A DNA stretch of 56,076 nt, filler included, from Sphacelaria rigidula (Eukaryota): assembly GCA_964200075.2 (NCBI GenBank). It is 3 parts of 3 records of this genome, joined end to end, with 100 filler letters (N's around TTAATTAATTAA, not from the genome) between each part and the next. Parts side by side here need not be neighbours in the genome. Positions count along the whole stretch, not along the records: positions 18,735 to 37,357 come from CAXNAA020000824.1; positions 37,458 to 56,076 come from CAXNAA020000825.1; 1 more part is not named here. One strand, given 5' to 3'. Position numbers and translations under genes: made by a program. A model generated the notes under the pieces. The model did not search any database and was not told the DNA's origin. It saw only the letters and a list, made by a program, of their open reading frames with translations. Below, one piece after another: positions 36,375 to 48,980 of this stretch. The stretch's first letter is position 1. Every line of letters begins with the position of its first letter.

Positions 36375-37300
36375 CGTGGAGCACGCCAGTAACCAACGAT
36401 GGTTCAGGCCCTATGTTATCCTCACGCTGTTGTTCTCAGGCGCAAACACGTCGCCTTCATTATCCCCCGATTAATGACTTGGCTCCTGTGTCGTGAATGT
36501 GCGAGTTTTGGCGGATATTATACACGCTGTATGCCCATGTGTGTACCCAGCTGAGCGGCAGAGACGGATCGGCAGAACATGGGTGATGGTCACAGTCGCC
36601 CTCGATCGCGCAATCGTATCTGCCTTCATCGCTGTTCCGTGTTTTTCGCAGTTCAGGGGCGGTGCAATCCGGCTATCCACGCGCAAAGCGTACCGGTTGG
36701 CGAAGGGTTGCAATTGGTGATGGCGAATTAAGTGAATCTCGGGGGTGACAGCGGCGACGAAGCAGAGACGACCTCGGATGAAGACTGTGAATGCCGCAGC
36801 AGCACGTCGGAGGAGGAGTCATTTGCTTTGTACGGGGACACGGGCGAGGACGTATTGGAATTGTACTTGGACCGGATGAACGATGTATGAGAGAGTGGTC
36901 AAGGCACAGGCATGATACCAAGAGCTTCGGCGAAGCAGGTTCGCGTCAATAGTCATGCGCTTCTGTCCCCCCTCATTTACTATGATCCCCAGGCCCGTGC
37001 ATCTACCGCAGTCCCGGATAATTCTTTTCCCGTTTGATATAAAGGTGGATGGATGGGGCTACGGTGGACTTGCAGTATATTTCGATGTTGCAATCCGTGA
37101 TTTTGTGAGATAAGGGGAGCGCAATGGGGCTGCCGTGTGTGGTACTGGAATCTGGCTGTCGATGAGTGAGCTACGGGAAACCAGACCTCGTGGGAGTTTC
37201 GCGAACACGCTGCATGGGACTTATGCCGATCAGTCATGCTGCGCGGCGACGCCGTCCCATTTCCGGTGCTATCGTGAGGTATGCTCCCCCCTGCCTGGTT

Positions 37301-37357
37301 GGACACCCATGAGGCAGTGTATAAGCCGTGGCTGTCTCTGGAAGTGGCGATACCACA
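37301..37357 (+). mobile_element. Short retroposon 3' end (cut by scaffold end)
   Basis: GACACCCATGAGGCAGTGTATAAGCCGTGGCTGTCTCTGGAAGTGGCGATACCACA, the reverse complement of the 18735 and 27839 copies. Confidence 0.8.
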
Positions 37358-37457
37358 NNNNNNNNNNNNNNNNNNNNNNNNNNNNNNNNNNNNNNNNNNN
37401 NTTAATTAATTAANNNNNNNNNNNNNNNNNNNNNNNNNNNNNNNNNNNNNNNNNNNN
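37358..37457. other. Artificial scaffold-joining spacer (N44-TTAATTAATTAA-N44)
   Basis: Same structure as 18635-18734. The three segments are 18634, 18623 and 18619 nt, i.e. size-sorted. Confidence 0.97.
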
Positions 37458-38738
37458 ACAAATGGCCCGAAATCCCCCCCCCCTTATCGTAGGATGACTT
37501 CCAAGAATCTGGACACGACACGGCGAAATTCACAGAGGGGTGCCAGGCATCGACAACCTCAGGTTTTCCTTCAGAAACACGCACGGCAATTCCATCTCCC
37601 AATTATTGGGAACGGCGAAAGAGAAAAAATCCTGCCGCCAAAAGTTGGAGTCGAGTCTTCGGACTACCCATTTATATGTACGTGTGGAGGGGGGGGGGGG
37701 CGGTCGTGACATGTACTGAGTATTCAACGGACACTCGCGGTGAATTTTTCGCTCATGTGGTGGTTTCCACAACGCCCCCCCCTCCCTCCTCCAAACATAT
37801 TTTGAGCGTCTTGGTGCATCTTCGGACGAGAAGAGGTTACTGGAGATGACTTCGTTTGCACGCCAGCGGCGAGGACAGTTATTTGTGTGCCTCTTTACTT
37901 ATCCCTAACTGTTGCGTGTGTTGTGTTGTGTTGAGCTCCTCACGCCAAAATCTCCGCGGATAGACATGATGAGTTCTTGAACTTCACTTGCCGCTGCCCC
38001 CACCAGTTATCTGTTCCTCAGCGTTTTCACGACATGTATCCCCCGCTAATCGTTGGGGAGAGGGGCGCGGGGGGGGCGTAACTTTGTTCGTCGCGTTAAC
38101 TGGCGCCAAACTTCGGAACACTGAAACCTCCTAGTCAGGACGCATGCACAGTTATCTCATGGCACCCCCATTGTCAACAGCGTATGATTTCTCGACGGGC
38201 ACTCGCAGGATTTCCCCCAATATTTGCCAACCCGTCGGGTCCTCTTGTGACTACAGTATAATGTTCATATTGACGAATGTTTTTCCTGCAGAATATGTCA
38301 CTCGCACAGCTCGTCGACGGACGGCTAAAACATAAACAGCACGACCTCAATGCTGCGCTAAGCGTCAACACCAAGCAACATAAAAAAGTATTCCACTTCA
38401 AATTACACACTTGCGGGGTTTCTTTTGGCTCACCCAAATATCCAAGGTTTGGTTCGAAACAAAGCTCGAAATTCTTATCCTTGTAATTCGTGCCCCCATC
38501 AAGTCAAGATCCGATGCGGACTCTAGAGTGCGTACACTACATACGGCACCCACAAAACGCCAAGACATACGTGAGGAAGAGGGGGAAAAATAAAAATGAT
38601 AAAATTGGAACAAACGGGCTGCGGTTGCGGTAGTATACATCATGATGCAACGCTTGATCGAAAACAAAAACAAAAACTCCACTTTGAACATAAGAAAAAA
38701 CGAGACGTCACGACATTTGGGCAAAACAACAGTGGTAC

Positions 38739-38963
38739 CTGAGTGTCCACGAACTCGGCCGCTTTATCTTGTGCCTTGCCCAAGACGAACAGCAGCAAAA
38801 ACAGCAGGAGCACGCCGGCCATGTCCGCGAAGCCCTGCTTGGCGTCCAAGGGACAGTCGTTTCGATCCACCACAGAGAAGTCGGACAGGTCCGGGTCGTA
38901 CGCGCTCACCGTCAACAGCTCGGTGCAAACACCAGAGCCTCGCAAGTCAAATCGCACGCTCAT
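38739..38963 (-). CDS. Exon 2 of TMEM63/OSCA-TMC-type membrane protein (MSVRFDLRGSGVC...NDC...GFADMAGVLLLFLLLFVLG...VDTQ)
   Basis: Acceptor cactcgcag and donor CAG|gtacca, 75 codons, phase 0-0. It encodes a Cys pair followed by a hydrophobic helix and continues exon 1 in frame. Confidence 0.85.
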
Positions 38964-40496
38964 CTGCGAGTGTATTGCATGAGCGGGAGAGGGCGGGCAC
39001 GGTGAATGAACGTACGTAACATTAGCGGACTGTCGCACATGTAAGGGTTTAGTCGTTATATGATTTTTTTTTTTTTTGGGGGGGGGAGGCCTTCACATTG
39101 TGACCATGGGTTCGAGAGATCAGGCTCATCTTGAAATGATCACACACCAAAAAAATGGTGTTCGGAAACACATTATGAGACATTAGAACTCCTTCCGTTA
39201 CTCGATACCCGTTGTTGGACTTTTTTTGGTTCTGTTCGGCGTGCGGTGGTTGAACCAATCCTTTTGAGACTGCGAGCGAGACGAGTTAGTCCTCTTGAGT
39301 TTTTTACTCGCAAATGCGAACGTATCGTGACTTACTTCTTCCAATATTAGCGAGTACTCCGGGAGTCCAAAGCGCTTGCATCAAAAATATTTTTCAAACA
39401 TCACTCCGTGCCGTACGATGGCGACGAATTACAGCACCATCGTCTTGTTTTTGTCATGAAGTTGGAGCACAATGTCATGGCTGAGAGACACGACTTTACT
39501 GTAGTGTAAACCATCGCTGCGCTTATGCCGTGGCGTTCGGCTTTGGGATCGACCAAACGATGACATCTGCACCGCGGGTCAGAGAAAAATGCCTCAAGTT
39601 CGGCCATATAGTCCACGCAGAAAAACAAAAAAGCAAGTACCTCACCAAGAACCGCCCTCCGAAAAAAACGCCCCGTGACTGTTGTCACTGCGATACCATC
39701 CCCTTCGTTTCCTTCGGAGAAATGCTCTCGATAGCTTGCCCAGAAACTTCCACGAATTCATAGGGTAAGCTATGATGTACATACGGTCCACACAGCCAAG
39801 CATCCTGAGATGCGGCAACAGCGCCAGAGTACAACCACATACGCGAAGACTTCTGAGGACTACTATATATCGTAAATTAATCTTGGCTGAACAAATCATA
39901 TTCGGCCAAGAGCGGTGGTAGCCCTAGATTAGCTGTGTACGGTGTCCTTGGCGCGCGTGAGCCAAATCGGCTCAGAATCGAATGGGAGAAACCGGCGATT
40001 TGTGCCAGACGTGCCTCCAAATAAAACACCTTCACGCGGTCGGCCAGCTAATGCATTCACTTTAACGTGTTGGCACGAATACGGCCAGCCACCGCGTCTG
40101 CTACATTTGAAGGGATTACGAAGAAGTGAAAAACCACTGGGTGCTAACAAGCGGAGGGCTACGGGCCCCCGGCGGGATGTGCTTGTGCCGCGCACGGGTG
40201 TTTGTGGAGGCTTGGTTATATTATGTTCACACCCCGGCGATATATGGTCAATATATGCATTAGGCTAAATATGTTTTGGATAAAGCATAGGCCTCTTGCA
40301 ACTACTGGCGGCCAACAACAGTTGCAATAGGTCTACACCCTTCTGGTCTATTGCATTTATTGACTATATATTGCCCAGGGTGTGGTTTTGTTGCGTACGT
40401 GCCTCGTGATTCATCCCCGGTCCCTCATGCTACTCGACACGTTCGGATGTTTGGTCCCGTTTGGATCTGATCACTCCGGAGAAACATCGGTCTTCG

Positions 40497-40618
40497 GGGA
40501 GGGGGGTGTACTCATGATCATACATGCCATAGTCATGGGACCATAGACCTCGCATCCCTACAAATCCAGGACGGAGCACACCGGGTTTTCGCCGGACCGG
40601 GCTTGCACTCAAACCACC
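40497..40618 (-). mobile_element. Oligo(C)-tailed retroposon-like fragment, family B
   Basis: The longest family-B copy, directly abutting a family-A copy. Confidence 0.82.
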
Positions 40619-40620
40619 GA

Positions 40621-40700
40621 GGGGGAGGGGGGGGGGGCGTACTCATTTGTTGCTTGCCTTCGTCGTGTCACCATTGACCACGCATCCCTTTCGAGACGCT
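40621..40700 (-). mobile_element. Oligo(C)-tailed retroposon-like fragment, family A
   Basis: G-run plus CGTACTCATTTGTTGCTTGCC...CGCATCCCTTTCGAGACG. Confidence 0.82.
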
Positions 40701-41674
40701 GCACACTCTTGAGGAGGGGGGGCGGGGGTCTGCTTACTATATCTCCTCGTGGCGGGCGCGACAAACTTCCAAGCAATGTCAAGTCATGTTGGGCACACTT
40801 CAAAGTCGAATGGCGCGTGCACTATGGTCCACCCACGCCCTCGCCTCATCATGATGACTACAAATTTCAAGCATACAGAACCCCCAGATCATATCATCAA
40901 CAGCTGCTGGTATCTCCAGTACCGCTTCCGCCCCGTTCAAGTAGGTGATAAAAAACAGGATAATTTTTGTTCAAATTTTGCAAGATTTCCATGTACGAGC
41001 AGGGTCAGCCTGAAGATGGATTCAATCTTGAACATCCTGTCAATCGCCCAGTCAAGGGGCAGATACCCATTTACTCAACGGCCAGTGATTTCTCGTTGAT
41101 GACACGGGAATGTCCCGTAACGCACGGAAGCACATCTCGAGAGCGACGTCTACACGAAACGCTGAAAAATACAGTAGGCCTGCAGCTTTGGCCGTGTATT
41201 TATGGTTGACGGCGTGACCACTTGATTTCAAAATTGATAAAGTTCTGAGAAAATATATGGTTTGGGGCAGGTGAGCAAAAGACCCAGCTCGTTCAGGACG
41301 TGTTGTCGAAATCGGCGCCTGCGGCATCCATATGAGGTCTACTAATGCACAATTTGCTTCGGGGTACCTACGCACCCTCTCTTGCCAGGGGGTCTCGTAC
41401 GCCTTGGGTCGGGGTTAGGTTGTTCGAAAAAAATAACCATGGATCTACGCCCAAAGTTGTAGGTCTCGTAGAAAAATGTTATCAGCGGATGACGATAATT
41501 CTCATGGTGAATATTTCCTGGGGCACGGGAAACGATCGGTACCCTGATCTTCACCCTCTGCGACATATATCGAGAGATATGGAGTGCATAATAATTTATT
41601 CGAAATTTGACATACACGGAGAAAAGACGCTATAAAATTTGCTGCTGCATTTCCTCGTGAGGGGGACGGTCCGC

Positions 41675-42540
41675 GTTTCGACCGTACCACAACGCTCGCG
41701 CACCTTGCACGTAATTGCCGCCGTGCTGGGAATCGCTGGTCCGTACCACCCGCCGATGGGTCCATGCTTGCTCACTCAGCGAAAGTCTGGGAGATACAGC
41801 TGTGCGAATCTTTCTGTGGGAGCTATGCACGTCGGGTGTGTATTCCACGCGTGACTACTACTGGTGATGGGATTCAAGCCAGCGTCTAATACAAGGGGAA
41901 AACAAGTGATACGTACTGCAAATGCAGTGGAGACAACAACACGCGAACAGACCATCGATTTCGAGTAGGAATGCAATATCGCGCCAGGTGCATGAGTTTT
42001 GTCGCAGGTCGAAACGCGGATCACGTCTCCCACAAGAAGAAGCAGTGGCAGGAGCAGCAGGAGCAACATCTTTACTGCGAGTAGATGTGTACGGCAGCGG
42101 GTGGGTCTGAATTAGCCGATGCCGATACTGCTGCGCCTGCTGCTCCTCTTCCTCGTGCGAGAGATGGTTAACGTTTCGACCGTGCGACGACACCCACGCA
42201 CCTTCCACGTGATAGCCACCGTGCTGGGAATCGCTGGTCCATACTCCCTACCCGCCGATGTGTCCATGCTTACTCATTTGGCGCAGTGCTGGCAGATATA
42301 GCTGTACACATCTCTCTGTGGGAGCTGTTGGGGAAGGGCAACGGCTGTTCTTCCCAACCTTTTCTTGGTACTGTTTTGAAACGAGGGCATCTCGCTGTCA
42401 GCTCTCGCACAGTAACAAAACAGTGTGTGTAGACGGAATTGCCGCAGTAGTCTTGGGGATTTCTGTGACGTGGTGTCAAAACGAGAGCATCTGATTTCAT
42501 GTTGTTGGAGTTTCCCACGCGTGGCTACTGCTAGTGGTGG
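41675..42540. repeat. Diverged local direct duplication (about 41675-41870 vs 42173-42540)
   Basis: Both units share GTTTCGACCGT, CCGTGCTGGGAATCGCTGGTCC, TCTGTGGGAGCT and CCACGCGTGRCTACT. The second unit has ~170 extra nt. Confidence 0.8.
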
Positions 42541-45500
42541 AAGGCCAGCTGTGCGCCCCATGAAGAGCCGAACAGCCCATGCTTTGTAACCATGTTACGT
42601 TCCTTTTCGCATTCTCACGCGAATATTCATCCGCTCTCCCGAATTTTTTTCCCGAACTACCAACTTTCGTGAGAGATACTTCGAGGGAGATGATAATCTG
42701 GCATTAACTCACAACCAATCAACATCACGAAAAAAAAAAAGAAACCCAACCGACACGATCACTGTCACCATCACTCACGTCTCTGGTATGGTTAAAACGG
42801 GCCCTAAGAAACGATCTCAACCCATGAAAAAAACTCGACACTATACGCCAAATGCATTTGTTTCATTGTGCCACCACAACCCTTTGAACCAAATTTCAAG
42901 CACAAAACCCGTGTCCACTTTGAGTGCATTCATCGGCTCTACAAAATGAGACAACAAATCCAGACTTGACACCACTTGTTGCATCTTTCTTTTCTTTGGT
43001 TTAGAGGGGGGGGGAGGGGCTGGATTGTTCAGTTTTGGGACTTTGGATCCAATTTTTGGCCCCCAAAACACTCATCACATGTCTAGGACACCGTGCATCA
43101 CCCTCTCCATGGGAGTAGAGCCTACTTTTCCGATTCGATTGGCTCCAAGATATCGAGAACAATCTCTGAACAAAAGATCAGCTGACGAAAAAATACGTTG
43201 TCCGCAGTTCCCCGTAGTGATTTTCGATTTTTCCACACCGAGCTCCATGTTTTCATCTTCCGGTGAATTTTCCCTCAGATATTATTCCCCGAACCGCTGG
43301 GCCAAGCGAATTGGAAAAGTAGGAAAGACTTCCTGGTGGAGCGATGCAGCGTTCCCAAGACATATGTGTGATGACGATATTCCGTATTAGAGAACCAAAA
43401 ACTGATAAAACGTCCCACACTGAAGAAAAAAAAAAGCGTAGTGAATAGTCGTAAATAGTGCCCGATCCGTCCAGAGGATGACCCAGCCCGCAGTGTTTCC
43501 GTTATATATTTGTTCTTCATTTTTCACGTCAATTTCTCGGCTGCACCTCCCGCGCGGGATGATATACGTTTCCGATTTCGGGATAAATCGGGCGCCCTGG
43601 AAATTAGCCCTGTATATTAGTATCCCATGCGGGGTTGCGAACTCACACCGCTGATTCCGTGTTGTACTAAGCACGACTGCGTTGAACTGTAGGTGTGATT
43701 CCGCTGTTTTGGGGGGGATAAATGGTGTTGCGCGCGTGGAGTGCTGTGACGACGATGAAGTGAAACGGGATGAAGAGTGCGGGGGGTTATCAACTCCCCT
43801 ATCCTGGAGCGCCTCGGTCCGCGTGGGGCTCTGGTCTAGGGTTCAGCAGTTGCTGCCGTAGGTGTACCCATCATTAGACGGTACGGAATCCGCACAATCT
43901 CGCCTCGTGTGCAGACTCAACCTACTCTCTGTTTTGCAGCCTGGGAGCTGGACACTGGAACGCTTCAGGTGCTGCGCTAGGCCTTCAGTACATGATGTAC
44001 AGCGATTTTGACGAGCGACATGGACTGTTCTATAATTTATTCGAGGAAGGGTGCAATCGAAGAAGCTGCTGCGAGCTGGCTTCAATTTCAGGCGTTGTCG
44101 CATGTACGGGACGCACATCGAATTGTCTTGGAAGCGTCCCTCCAGGAAATATATGCCCGACTGTTGTGTGCCACTAGTTCTGGCTGTGCCGTGCCTTGCA
44201 TGCAAAGAAGCCACGCTGCAGGTGTGGTGATATAGTCGACGCTCATGAGACTAGGTTGGCGCGTGCACTGCGCCAAGTTGGCAGGGGGTTTGAGTGGATC
44301 GTACCCCCACACTGCCTTGAGCAAAGCTTGCGAACGCTCGAGGCACCTGGCCTACATGACTTCCGTGAGGCAGTCTAGCAGAGCGTTCCGTTAATCGGCA
44401 CGCGAATGCGCTTGCGGGATGAGAGTTGGGTGATGTTTCCTCCTTCCTCCAAGGCGAAAAACTCCCACCTTTCACGGTTAGGACAAAGTATCACGACTCG
44501 AAATCACCAATTTCACGATTTAATCGGCCTGATTGCCCGAAAGGGAGGAAAAAAATTGATCGCTGGTTCAAGGGGTATCCACACAACTTTTGCGCCATTC
44601 CATGTGTTTGGGCTGCGTGTACCTGGGTTGCGACGCTGAAATAAAGCCTAGGGATTGATTCGTCAAGAGTCGACTCATTATACTAAAACCAAGTAATTTT
44701 CAGACGAATCATTATTTGTCCGACCCTTGCCACCTCTCTACACAAGATATATGCTGATACAGCGGGTTGCGGACAGACTGCAACGCCCAAACTGCCGGAA
44801 CTGCGCATCTTTTCAGTGCATACCCCCGCAACACTTGCATACGCTTCCAAACTTCCGAGATGGACGCGACCTACAGTACATCACTACCGAGAGATCTTTG
44901 CCACCGTCATATCCCGGTAGCAGGTGCAGATATGAGTGTCTGGGTGCTGCAGCGAAGGAGTAAATCCAGCCGAGCAAACTCCACTGCGAGACCAATGGAT
45001 AGCCCATGCGACTGATAATGTAACCGTAAGAGCTTATCGACCACCAGCGCAAATGCAACTTTAGGAAATCAGCGTACGCACACGCCTGAGCTAGACTTTT
45101 GTCAGACGCCAACAGCAGAGGGTTTTCATGGGCACGGTTTTGCATGATACTCGTGATGTGCTCCAACCTCACAAATACATTGACTGATGTAGCTGCTCAG
45201 CCAGCCCAGGCATTGGAGACACAGAATTCAGAAAGCTAGAAAACGAAATTCTCGGACTCCGGTCATGACCCCAGAAGAACCATCGTACCGCCGTCAATTT
45301 TCTCAATCTGGTTGGAAAGTGAAGTGATGAGAGAGCAACATGTCACAGAAGAAAAAAGCCCGATCTGGCATTTCGTAGCACAGCTGTCGTGGAAACAACG
45401 ATATGTAGGCGCCAAAACCGCTACTCGTAATGTGCGCCCGAACAACAGGTGTTACACACGTTGGCTTTGTGACAGATTCAAGCATGAAAATCAGCAAAAT

Positions 45501-46398
45501 ACCCGGTGCTTGAAAGTTCCCACTAGATAATCTCTCATGACAACGTTCGCCATATCCCTCAAAACGTGGTACAGACGGTACAGTACACAATACAGGACAG
45601 GACAGTACGGTACCACGTATGGAGACGCAAAATGTGTGAGGGCGTGTATATATTGTGCGGAGAACCTAATGAAACAAGAAAAAGGGTAGAGTCCGGGTCC
45701 GATCCTGCTTTTTGTAGGTGCTGTCCGTGCAAACTTTTTTACTATGCGTTTTTCTTCGAAGTTGGAATCAGGGATCAGCACGAAAACACGAACACGAACC
45801 TGTCACGCAACCGCATCGTATAGGCTTCCTCCGCATGTCATTGTTCTCTCATATCAGGAATACGGAGTGGAGGAAGGCGGGAGATCTCTCAAAACTGCAC
45901 CCAACCATCCCAGCCCTGTATTTTTATGTGAGACATGGATGGTCTGCTGCTGCTGTACGTGCTGTGTTCCTTAGCTGAGAGCACCAAGGAACCAGTATGC
46001 ACACAGACTAACCGGCAGCGAAAAAAACGCGTTTTCGACCCTGTTCACAATGAAGGACAAGAGTCCTCATACGAGTAGTTGCTATACAACCACACTCCCG
46101 TCCCTCTCACCCAGACATAAGTCCTAGAATGCGCAAGGAATGATCCCTGCGACAAAACGCGTAGCTCTAGAGACCGAACAAAACATATCACTGTCAAAGA
46201 AAGGAGCAGCGAATATGAATCGAAGTTCAGCACTGTACGATGGTATTTGTTGAATGTTCCCCCCGCCTCGCCCTTTCATCACTGACATACGAAGAAAGGA
46301 CCAACCGGGGAGACACATGGACGCCGACAATTTGTTGTAATCGGAGTCCTAAGCACATAGACCTCGTCTTTTCTGCGTGTCTGGTTGGTTCTTCTCAC

Positions 46399-47160
46399 CT
46401 GTCCTCCCGAATACCCATCGCTTGAAAAGTGCACCATGGCCACCACGCACAGCGCCGCATACACCAGAACCACTCCAGTCAGCTGAACAATCGTCACAAA
46501 ATACATTCCAACGTCCAATCCAAAATCGCTCATCTGCGCCCACCCCGTACGCCAAACGGAATACGGCACGGCATCTCGATGCTCCTGTCCAGGCAACAAC
46601 CGTACCCTCTGCCCCGGCTCATCACTTCTCTCAACATAGCGCGGCCTTGAGAGAGACCAAGCGTGCGCTGCACGCTGAGGGTTCGGCGCTGGCATTTTCC
46701 CCCGATTTCGCGCCCTCTCTATCCTGGCCATCTCAAACGCCATCGAGTGTCGTTTAAGGCTGTTGACCGCGGATCGCCCACCGGGTGCAGTACCAGACGC
46801 CACGGCGGCGGTAGGATCCACGCCGGTCGCGACCATCACGGCGGATTGTTCTGATCCGGGACCTTGGGTCACTGCTTGTTCGCTCGGTTGAAACGGTGCC
46901 CAGCGCCCCCCCCCCCCGACGACATCCCCATTTTCGGTGGTAGCTTCGTCACCAACGTTGTCCTTCGTTTCGGGAAAGTAGCTCCCGGACTCGCCAGCCG
47001 AGGCAAGGTCATGGTCATGTACGACATGAGGAACGACAGGAACAGCTGTCATGGCGATATCGTCATGTGCTCCGTCGCCGTCACCCACGCCCATGTCTTC
47101 CGGCTCCCAGTCATCATCTCCTATGATATCTGCTATCGGGGCATCCCATGTCGCTGCCAT
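46399..47160 (-). CDS. Exon 1 of TMEM63/OSCA-TMC-type membrane protein
   Basis: ATG with an upstream in-frame stop, and 254 open codons. A low-complexity acidic N-terminus is followed by YSVWRT..QMSDFGLDVGMYF plus a TM helix ending FSSDGYSGGQ. Strong donor CAG|gtgaga. The family call rests on motif resemblance (TMC FGxGVxxYF, OSCA GLD). Confidence 0.85.
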
Positions 47161-48596
47161 AGTACGCGTCGCCTGGCCTGGTTACCTCCTCCGACCTGTC
47201 TTCGGTGTGTTCCAACGTCCTGTACGAACTATTATTTTCTGCCGATTATTCCTCGGCTAGCGAAACAGGGTGGTGACCAGTAGTATTATCGCTCAAAAGT
47301 CAAATTTCGTCATGTACCATCCCTATTCCAGGTTTTGTCATAAACATGGCACAGAAAAACGGGGTGCGGGGGATGGGAGGGAGGGAGGGGAGGTGTGATG
47401 ATAAAAACTCAAGGACTTCACTTTGCCTTCTTGCGATCATTTCTCTGGTGATAATGAATCGAAGATAATATTAGTGTGCTCCAGACGTCGGTCTTGCCCT
47501 GTCTAGGGATACGCGCAGTCAATTTAATCGCCACCTCAACATGCCCAGTACTGTGTACCCACATCTACGCATCACACATCCTACCTAAAAATTAGGCGTC
47601 ACCTCACAGTCTGTTCGGGAAGATGTTTAGGACGGTCGAGGCGACCTTGCTCCACCCTTGCACGCCAGACCTTCTCTCCCGCGCAACTCTCACGTTTGCC
47701 GAGCCTGGCAACAGTACGTGGCGAGCCGTCACTGTTTCCGTAAGCTACTGCATGCACGACCTTCGACAACGGTCGATACAAGAAAGGAGCTGCGGGGGCT
47801 ATATATATGTATGTGTGTCTGTATCATACGAGTAGCTCAATATATTGACCCAATCTGGTCGAACGTTCGACCCAACATATTTTCTGGTCATCTTCCATCG
47901 CAGGGAAGCAAACAAAAAACGTTTTCAGACCCGTCGGCTCCAGGGACCCTGCCTCTCTCGACATATACGTAGTATTAAATTTAGAAGAAAAAACATAGCA
48001 CAAACTCCCCACATGCATTCTCTTCTGCCTGTAATATTTATGAAATCATGAAGAGTGCTGATATCTTTGAGCCTATCATTGTTATATCGGATTAGCGAAG
48101 ATGTACCTCGCTGAATCTCTATGGGAGTACCGCGCATATTTCGTCATACTTCTATAAAAATCATTCTGAATATGCTCCGCATTTTTTTTTTCCTCTTCCC
48201 ACAGTTTTTTTGTTGTTCGTTGTCGATCTCTCGATCAATCAACCACCTTGTTCCGCCTGGATCACCATCGCCGTACCTGAGAGGGTCATCAAGGCACAGG
48301 CGATTTAGGTCGACAGAGTCCACTTCCGACATTCGATTCAGGAGAAAGGTTTTTTCGCGAGGAAGGAGGCAGGAAGCGCAGCACACAACAGCCCAACCTA
48401 CCGTTGTTGGCGCGTTCGTTGTCTGATTCTGTCCAACGGCTACAATACTGTCCGCTACTGGACTTCTCTACTGCAGTACTGTAGTATCGTAATTATCTGT
48501 GTTGTCACTGCGGCCGTCAGCATTTCCAAAAGGCAGGACGACAGGGAGGAACGAGAAGAGGAAAAAATACAGAAATAGCGTAAATTGAAAACCAGG

Positions 48597-48980
48597 CGCC
48601 TCGACACAGGCGCCAGCGTGTGTGAGTCAAGCTTTTCGATCTGCAGGGGCGACGAGAGCGGTGATCAACAGTTGCTGAAATCACGAATAGACCTTGCACT
48701 CTTCGAGAGACTTGGAGTTCTTCGCAAACGCGAAAAGGGCGAGCTATATATGCTGGGGTGTCGGGCACGCGTAGAGAGAAACGCATCTGGAAGCGAAAAG
48801 GCAAGCAAAGGAGCAGGAAAAGTCGGAGCTGTTTTTGGAATTGGACGGAGAACGGGCGCTTTTTTACGACTGCATAGTCCGTGGGCGTTGAACGATGGAG
48901 CCTTGCCCAGAGGACTGTGAGGGTCAGCGATACCCCACGTTTCCTTATCAAGAAGGAGCCGAGGGTGTGCTCTCCACTGC
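48597..48980 (+). pseudogene. Protein-like remnant, possibly a transposase N-terminal fragment
   Basis: AG...GTAAG-bounded frame (SRIDLALFERLGVLRKREKGELYMLGC...AFLRLH) with an in-frame TGA at 48918. Not identified. Confidence 0.2.

Noticed and set aside
47611-47739. AG...GTAAGC-bounded open segment on the plus strand
   Set aside because: Two frames are open, but no protein is recognisable and no partner exons were found.
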